DNA of 64,000 nucleotides from Spirochaetia bacterium (lineage in GTDB: Bacteria; Spirochaetota; Spirochaetia; DSM-2461). Below, piece by piece: positions 57,921 to 64,000 of this stretch; position 1 is the first letter of the stretch; the number at the start of each line of letters is the position of its first letter. Below the pieces are notes generated by a model, which had not been told where the DNA came from, made no database searches, and was given only the letters and a program-made list of their open reading frames with translations. Where the stretch lies: assembly GCA_963668315.1 (NCBI GenBank), contig OY764216.1, forward strand, positions 3,616,001 to 3,680,000, given 5' to 3'. Both the position numbers and the translations under genes were made by a program.

Positions 57921-58046
57921 TATCCTTCTCCCATCCTGACTCTAACAGTCGGCACCGGAATTTCACCGATTCAACCGCTTTGTTGGAATAAAGCGGGTCG
58001 CGGGCTTTAACCGCCGGTAAGGAATTGCACCTTGCCCCAAAGGAAT
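57921..58046 (-). promoter_or_regulatory. FMN riboswitch (RFN element)
   Basis: GGGGCAAGGTGCAATTCCTTACCGGCGGT-TAAAGCCCGCGA...GGTGAAATTCCG.GCCGAC.GT.A.AGTC.GGATGGGAGAAG. Confidence 0.95.
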
Positions 58047-58061
58047 TATTTTGTAAGAAAA

Positions 58062-58090
58062 AAGGTAATCCTACTTTAAAAAAATGTCAA
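58062..58090 (-). promoter_or_regulatory. sigma70 promoter of the riboswitch/rfu operon
   Basis: TTGACA (58090-58085), 17 nt, TACCTT (58067-58062). Confidence 0.6.
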
Positions 58091-58994
58091 GTCAACCCGC
58101 TGCTTTTGACATACATTGCCCCGGCGCGGACATAGCCGCCCGCAAGAATATGGCTTTTGTAGGCCCTCTGAAGGGAGGTTTCCTCGGGCCAATCCGCAGG
58201 ATTTTCCGATTTCGTTCCCATAATGAAGGGAACTCCCTCCTTGAGTCCTTCCCCACAGGGTATAGATTCACAAGATTCTGGAGGCGGATAAGATGGGAAT
58301 CGGCCGGCAGAAAAGAGGAAAGATCGGGGCTGAATATCCAGGAAACGCATACGACGGCCCGGGGCGGCGTATCGGGATAAAGGGAGGAAAAAAACGATAG
58401 GCTCTCCTTCCACGAAGCCTCCGCCGTGGCGGGATCCATTCCCCCGCCTCCGGGGATATGCATATCAAGAACCCAGAAATCCCCGCCCAGCTTTTCGGGA
58501 AGGGATTCATGTACGGAAGAGGCCAGCTTGTGCATATATTCGAACCGGCCTATTTTGAACAGTTCTCCCCTCATGGCATGGAGAAACCAGTGGACAGCCC
58601 ATTTCATCGTGCCCGGCTCTTTACGGAAAAAATAAAAATCCCGTGATTTGGAGCCGACGCCGAGGCAGGTTTCTTTCGTAATCTTCAGGGGGATGGAGAG
58701 CTTGCGATGGATTTCCCAAATTTCCCGAACGGCCAGCAGGGAAAGGAGAAGAAAAAAATCCGGCCGTTCCCGCCCGTTCACAACCGGATCGGGCCATCGG
58801 GAAAAATCAGGCCTTTCGCTGTTTTCATTTAAATAACGGCAGGCCCGGAGAAAAAACTTTCTCAGCTCATGGCCGGAAAGTATAACCTCCCCCAACTCGT
58901 AAAGCCCCTCCTTCCACTCTGAAGGCAGGCCGAGAAGAGGATAAAGTTCATCAATGGAAGTCTTTTCAACCAGGGGGAGATATTCGCCTACCAT
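58087..58994 (-). pseudogene. Acyltransferase-like gene (DUF5596 / GNAT-like) with an apparent frameshift near 58251-58254
   Basis: G.LF.IGR.EY, L.MHIP.GG, CVSW in one frame; expected tail (F.MG...WP.ETSLQR...H...GG) in another frame; start uncertain. Confidence 0.55.
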
Positions 58995-59002
58995 AGGACA
59001 AC

Positions 59003-60016
59003 TCAGCTCCTGTAGCCCCGGGGATTCATACTCTGCCATTTCCAGGCGCTGGCGACCATCTCTTCCAGACCCAGTTCCGCTTCCCAGCCGAGTTCCTTCC
59101 TGGCCAGGGCGGGATCGCCGTATACCGTGGCTATATCGCCGGCTCTCCGGGGACCGAACTCATAGGGGACCGGATGGCCGCAGACTCGGGAGAAGGCTTC
59201 GATCATTTCAAGGACGGAATATCCCTTGCCCGTACCGATATTGTAGATGGACACCCCGCCCTTTTCCATCAGTCTGTCAAGGGCTTTGACATGGGCTTTG
59301 GCCAGGTCGACAACGTGGATATAGTCTCTTACTCCCGTACCGTCCGGAGTATCCCAGTCGTTACCGAAAACCATCACCTTTTCGCGGATTCCCGCAGCGA
59401 CCTGTGAGACGAAGGGCAGAAGGTTGTTCGGGTATTCCGGATCTTCGCCGATCCGTCCCGATTCATGGGCTCCCACGGGGTTGAAATACCTGAGGATGGT
59501 AATATCCCAATCCTGGGCCTTAGCTGCATCAAGCAGTATCTGCTCCATCATGACTTTGGTCTGTCCATAGGGGTTGGTGGCGCTTATGGGGAAATTCTCC
59601 CTGACCGGCACCGACGCAGGATCGCCGTAAACCGTGGCGGAAGAAGAGAACACCAGACGGGAAACACCTTTCTCGGCCATTACCTTATAGAGGGTCAGAG
59701 AACCGGTGATATTGTTTTCGTAATACATAAGCGGTTTCTGCACCGATTCGCCTACGGCCTTCAGTGCGGCGAAATGAATGACCGCAGAGATTTCCGGCTC
59801 CCTGTCGAAAACCTTCCGAAGGCCGTCAATATCTCTCATATCCACTTCATAGAAGGGCAGTTTCTTACCGGTGAGTTCCTCGACCCGCCTGACCGCTTCC
59901 ATGGAGGAATTACAAAAGTTATCAGCCAATACAAGCTCATAACCCGCTTTAATCAGTTCAATATTCGTATGGGAGGCTATATACCCCGCGCCTCCGGTTA
60001 TTAAAATCTTACTCAC
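59003..60016 (-). CDS. galE: UDP-glucose 4-epimerase
   Basis: TGGAGYI.SH, HFAALKAVGES, FSSSATVYG, YGQTK, LRYFNPVGAH.SG, DGTGVRDYIHV. Confidence 0.97.
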   Translation of the reverse strand: MSKILITGGAGYIASHTNIELIKAGYELVLADNFCNSSMEAVRRVEELTGKKLPFYEVDMRDIDGLRKVFDREPEISAVIHFAALKAVGESVQKPLMYYENNITGSLTLYKVMAEKGVSRLVFSSSATVYGDPASVPVRENFPISATNPYGQTKVMMEQILLDAAKAQDWDITILRYFNPVGAHESGRIGEDPEYPNNLLPFVSQVAAGIREKVMVFGNDWDTPDGTGVRDYIHVVDLAKAHVKALDRLMEKGGVSIYNIGTGKGYSVLEMIEAFSRVCGHPVPYEFGPRRAGDIATVYGDPALARKELGWEAELGLEEMVASAWKWQSMNPRGYRS

Positions 60017-60253
60017 CTGTTTCTCCTGTTGGGAACATGATATCGATAATAAAAAGAAATTTCCAGTAAAAATGTTTAATAATATACCAAAGAGCCGATT
60101 TTACTTTCGCCTGCCATAAATCTAACAGGAAATAGAACCGCCCCGGACGCCAGAGGACTTTAATCCGGAGAAACAAGCCCCCCGGTTCACCCATTTCCCA
60201 AGATTTGTTATCCTATAGAAAACTCGAATACCACCTCATTAAAGGAGAATACA

Positions 60254-62125
60254 ATGCCCGCCCGATTTTCAACCTCATCCAAACTGGCTTCCACCGTAAT
60301 CCGACGCTTGAAAGGGGCCGCCCGTAAAGAGCAGTGGGGAGGGGCATTTATTAAACTGGCCTGGACGGCCGGGCCGGTGACCTATCTGGCTCTTCAGGGA
60401 GGATACTATATTGCTTATGGGGAAACGGCGTCTCCCCTGATTGTTCTCTACTTCGGAGCCTACACCATGGTGGCAGGCATATTCGCCCTGGCGACAAAAT
60501 TTGCCTATAATGCGACGAAGGGGAGCACCATGGAAGAGGACATGAAAGTTCTCGAATCCACTTTTGACGCTCTTCCCAGGCGTATAGTGGAAATACGCAA
60601 TCTTCAGCTCCGTTCAATGGACAGTCTTTCCCGGAATGTACTGAGTGCCAAATATCTTCTGGAGAATCCCCAGGCCGGCTCCGATGCCGTTGCCCTAGCC
60701 GTCAGAGATATCACGGGTGATCTTGAACTTGTCCAGGAAATGACCGCGCTGGAGGTGTACCGGGGTAACGGCCTCTATTACAAGGCAGGAGAGAAAAGCC
60801 GGGAGATCTTGAGGCTTCTGGAACCCCACATGGAAAATCTGAATAGAATCTCGGAAAATGTAGGCCGCATGATTCGGGAAAGAGCCGCCGGGGAACCGGA
60901 TGAAAAAGCTTACGGTCGCAGACGAACCGCCGGGTTCATAAGCCGGGTACTCCAGGCAAGCGAGAATGACAACCTGGACTATATGACTCTTCAGGATGCG
61001 GAAGAAGTCTGTATTCTGGTCTTCGAGCTTCTCAACAGCCGGGCCTTTCCCCACTATACGACCGAATACAAAGGAAATAAACAGTACCGCGAAGCGGCAC
61101 AACGGCTGAGCCGGGCCAGAAGGGATTACAGGAAGCATATTTATCGGAGAAACAGCGCCATACGTATCCTGGCCGAAGAGCTTTATAAGGAGAAACAGGA
61201 CCGGAGAAGCGGAAAAGCCCCGGAGCATCTATCACCCCGTTCGCCGGGAAAGAAAAGAAAAGGCATTCAAAGGCTTCTGGCCACCATACCCCAGATCAGG
61301 TCCGCCAGAACACTGCAGCATAGAATTACCGAATCCGTCAGGGAAATGGCTCGAACGAATCCCTCTCCCCAGAACGGTGAGTGGCGGCGGATTCAAAGCC
61401 TTTACCGGAATTTGTACAGAAACAGCCAGTCAGTGGAGAAAGCCTACCGGAAATTTCTGAAAATCTGGCAGGATATGCAGACTCTTATAGACAGACAGGC
61501 GGAGAATGGTATTTTCGATGAATCGGCGCCCCATCGGGGGAACAGTAAATATTCCCGAAAAAGCCCTATCCGCCTGGTCGGAGGGGAAACCAAAAAAACG
61601 GGGATCCGGATTCGCCCCTCCCAGGTATTTCTCACCAACAAGAAGATTCTTCCCGTTGCCCGGATGGTATATGAAAAATTGGAAGAGTTCGATACGGCCC
61701 ATGAAAACATCAACATCAAAATAAATGATCAGAAGGAACTGGCAATCGACCTTCTTCATATTCTGGATCAGTACCTGCCCCTGGAACAGACTCATGTTCA
61801 GCGCGCCATAGAATTGACCGGTTCGGCCTATATCTCCCGAAATAACCGCCAGGAGAAAACCGGAGGGAGTCATAACTGGAGTCTCAGTCTCGTGGAGGAG
61901 GAGGAGTTCCCGGGAAAACCCAGCCTTCACGACATGGTTGAAAGTCTGGTGAAATATGAATATCTCGAGCTGGACAAAGAGGATCACCGCTACCTGGAAG
62001 AGACATACGGAGCCGATCCTGATTTTCTTGACTCCCTGATTCGTGAGGAAAGGAGGAGGGAATCCCGCAGCTTCCCCATAGAAGCTCCCGAGCTTGTTCC
62101 TCCCCTGGAAACACTCTGTCTGTAA
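60254..62125 (+). CDS. Hypothetical protein, two N-terminal TM segments then a long helical domain
   Basis: 623-aa ORF, SD AAGGAG, candidate promoter TTCACC-N17-TATCCT with TGn. Confidence 0.75.
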   Translation: MPARFSTSSKLASTVIRRLKGAARKEQWGGAFIKLAWTAGPVTYLALQGGYYIAYGETASPLIVLYFGAYTMVAGIFALATKFAYNATKGSTMEEDMKVLESTFDALPRRIVEIRNLQLRSMDSLSRNVLSAKYLLENPQAGSDAVALAVRDITGDLELVQEMTALEVYRGNGLYYKAGEKSREILRLLEPHMENLNRISENVGRMIRERAAGEPDEKAYGRRRTAGFISRVLQASENDNLDYMTLQDAEEVCILVFELLNSRAFPHYTTEYKGNKQYREAAQRLSRARRDYRKHIYRRNSAIRILAEELYKEKQDRRSGKAPEHLSPRSPGKKRKGIQRLLATIPQIRSARTLQHRITESVREMARTNPSPQNGEWRRIQSLYRNLYRNSQSVEKAYRKFLKIWQDMQTLIDRQAENGIFDESAPHRGNSKYSRKSPIRLVGGETKKTGIRIRPSQVFLTNKKILPVARMVYEKLEEFDTAHENINIKINDQKELAIDLLHILDQYLPLEQTHVQRAIELTGSAYISRNNRQEKTGGSHNWSLSLVEEEEFPGKPSLHDMVESLVKYEYLELDKEDHRYLEETYGADPDFLDSLIREERRRESRSFPIEAPELVPPLETLCL

Positions 62126-62297
62126 CGGGGGGATAATTACACCTAAGACGTCCTCCCTCTCCGGGGACTTCTTTCATTATCCTTGCGATTGGGAGCTCTA
62201 TCACTTATCCTTAAGATCGAAATCCGTCTGGCTGGCAGTTTCAACGGGATGGATTTCATAACGATTCGGGGACCGAATCGTCTGTGCAGAAGGACGT

Positions 62298-63516
62298 GAC
62301 AGCAGCATATACCTGATCTATTCAAAGAGCCGCATCCTTGATGTAAATCCCAAGACTGCTGAAATCCTTGGTTACACCCGGACACAGCTTACCATTGCCG
62401 ATATTGATGCCGAAGTCACAACTGAAAAATGGAATTAAGGCTGAGAAAGATTATCAGTGTTCAGGGTCTCTTTCAGGACATCACAGATATTAATAATGCC
62501 GAAATTCTCCTTAAAAAAAGCGAAAGAAAGTACAGGAACCTTATAGAGCTTCCCCCCCTGAGAATTGGTATTATTGATCAGTAGGGGCATATCATAGATA
62601 CCAATCAGTCCATTGCATCCATGCTCGGATACAATATGGGTGAACTTCTGTCACTAACCACAGAAGACCTCAGTCATTCCGAAGAGTTTCCCCTTGAAAA
62701 GAATCTGATCGAATCACTGATAAGGAATGAAAAGAAATCATTCAGTCTGGAAAAAAGGTACAGACATAAAGACGGAAGGGACCTGTGGGTGAATGTCACC
62801 GTCTCCAAAACGGAAAATCTATTCGGACGGACGCTTTTCTTTTCTGTTTTCTGCGAAGACATAAACTCCCGGAAAGAGATGGAACGGGAGATGAAGAAAC
62901 GAGAAGAGCAGCTGACTCACTCAAGAAAAATGGAAGCACTCGGACAGCTGGCCGGTGGAGTTGCCCAAGATTTCAACAACATGCTGGCCGGGATTACCTG
63001 AATATGATCATAAAGTCATCGGAAAATGCCTCCAAGCTTATCTCGCAGCTCTTGGCTTTTCCCGGAAGGAGATAACCAGAAAAGAAAAAATCGACATTCA
63101 CGGGATTATCGGGGTGAGGATTTCCATTCTGAGTCGGACGATAAATAAAGAAATCAAGATTAACCAGAATCTTGAGGCCCTGTCCACCGTCATTTTCGGC
63201 GAACCATCCTCCCTTCTCAATGCTTTTCTGAATCTCTCCATTAATGCCAGTCACGCCATGAAAACGGGAGGAGATCTGTCAATTTCAACCGATAATATCA
63301 TACTGGATGAAAAGGACTGCCGGAAAAACCTGTTTTCCCTGCAACCGGGAAAGTTTCTCCAGATAGAGATCAGCGATACGGGAACCGGGATATCTCTTGA
63401 AATAGGGACTTTCCGTCGTATACGGTACAATAGAAAACCATAAGGGAGCCATAACCGTTGACAGCGCGGCAGGAAAAGGAACCTCGTTTTACATCTTTCT
63501 TCCCTGCCGCGAATGA
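62298..63516 (+). pseudogene. Decayed PAS-domain sensor histidine kinase
   Basis: PAS fragments, H-box MEALGQLAGGVAQDFNN, N-box NL.INA.HAM, SDTG.GI, GLSVVYG...H.G.I.V.S..GKGT.F; in-frame TAG 62582-62584, frameshifts and deletions. Confidence 0.85.
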
Positions 63517-63716
63517 TGGGAATGGAAAGGGAATTGTATTAAATCCGACTCTATTCGATCCACCCGAGTTCTTTGACTATAAAATTGAGTTTGTTGGATT
63601 CAAGGAAAGTACCCCTGTAATCTGGTGGGATTTCTCAAATGGTTTATCAAGGCATTTCATGAACAGTCTTTTATTTATTAACAAGTTATGTATAATAGGC
63701 ATTATCAGGGGGAAAC

Positions 63717-64000
63717 ATGAGTTTAGGTGTTAATGTCGCCGTATTGAATGACAGGAACGAAATTCTTCTTGTCAAGCGTGAAGATTTTCATGTCTGGTGT
63801 ATGCCTGGTGGAAGAGTAGAATTAGGGGAATCCCTTTCAGAAGCAGCTTTGAGAGAAACTCTTGAAGAAACCAATATACATGTCCAATTAGATTATCTGG
63901 TGGGAAGTTATTCCCGCCCTAACTGGTATGACAAATTCTACCATATCATGCTCTATCGTGGTACACCTTTGACTGATGACCTCATCTTTCAAAAAGAAGA
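63717..64000 (+). CDS. NUDIX hydrolase (3' end outside window)
   Basis: Manually translated MSLGVNVAVLNDRNEILLVKRED..W.MPGGRVELGES..EAALRETLEET; AGGGGG upstream; absent from ORF track because it runs off the end. Confidence 0.85.
   Translation, partial: MSLGVNVAVLNDRNEILLVKREDFHVWCMPGGRVELGESLSEAALRETLEETNIHVQLDYLVGSYSRPNWYDKFYHIMLYRGTPLTDDLIFQKE

Noticed and set aside
57859..57966. N-terminal extension of the BMP ORF
   Set aside because: Overlaps the riboswitch and expression platform
62261..62281. Hairpin ACGATTCGG-gga-CCGAATCGT
   Set aside because: Single copy in window, no U tail, no riboswitch motif
63458..63733. 91-aa ORF
   Set aside because: Starts out of frame in the kinase remnant and runs through the NUDIX promoter region; possibly a remnant but unsupported
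1..64000. CRISPR arrays, transposases, integrases, prophage or recognisable defence operons
   Set aside because: None detected by eye; gene content is almost entirely housekeeping

Overview
Mostly core-genome window of a bacterium that is probably a free-living spirochaete. This is inferred from gene order (TPR-mreBCD-mrdA-rodA; dnaG-rpoD-zinc-ribbon-rnpB), an rfuABCD-type transporter and fliS. Left end: tail of a rhamnose cluster (rhaA, aldolase, AraC) and a DUF5692/FadR divergon. Next comes a ~16.5 kb minus-strand run (YkgJ, MBL hydrolase, mltG, dnaG, rpoD, zinc-ribbon protein, RNase P RNA, TPR, mreBCD, mrdA, rodA, radical SAM) and tRNA-Thr/tRNA-Tyr. The middle holds housekeeping genes (fprA, manA, xseAB, prfA, DAHP synthase, ylqF, dinB, cysE, coaE, polA, fliS) and a phosphate-themed cluster (Na/Pi symporter, GDPD, PIN-PhoH). 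Right end: an FMN riboswitch with a BMP/CUT2 ABC transporter, a frameshifted acyltransferase-like gene, galE, a 623-aa unknown, a decayed PAS-histidine-kinase pseudogene and a partial NUDIX gene. I found no CRISPR array, prophage or transposon and cannot claim an unambiguous novel multi-gene system. The most interesting signals are regulatory: many apparently leaderless genes, a TATAC-N4-GTATA palindrome over the dinB promoter (candidate lineage-specific SOS box), a sigma28-type promoter in front of fliS-orf-polA-coaE-SPOR, a FadR-type operator, and an internal promoter at a GC-to-AT shift inside dnaG. All product calls come from motif recognition by eye; no database search was run.
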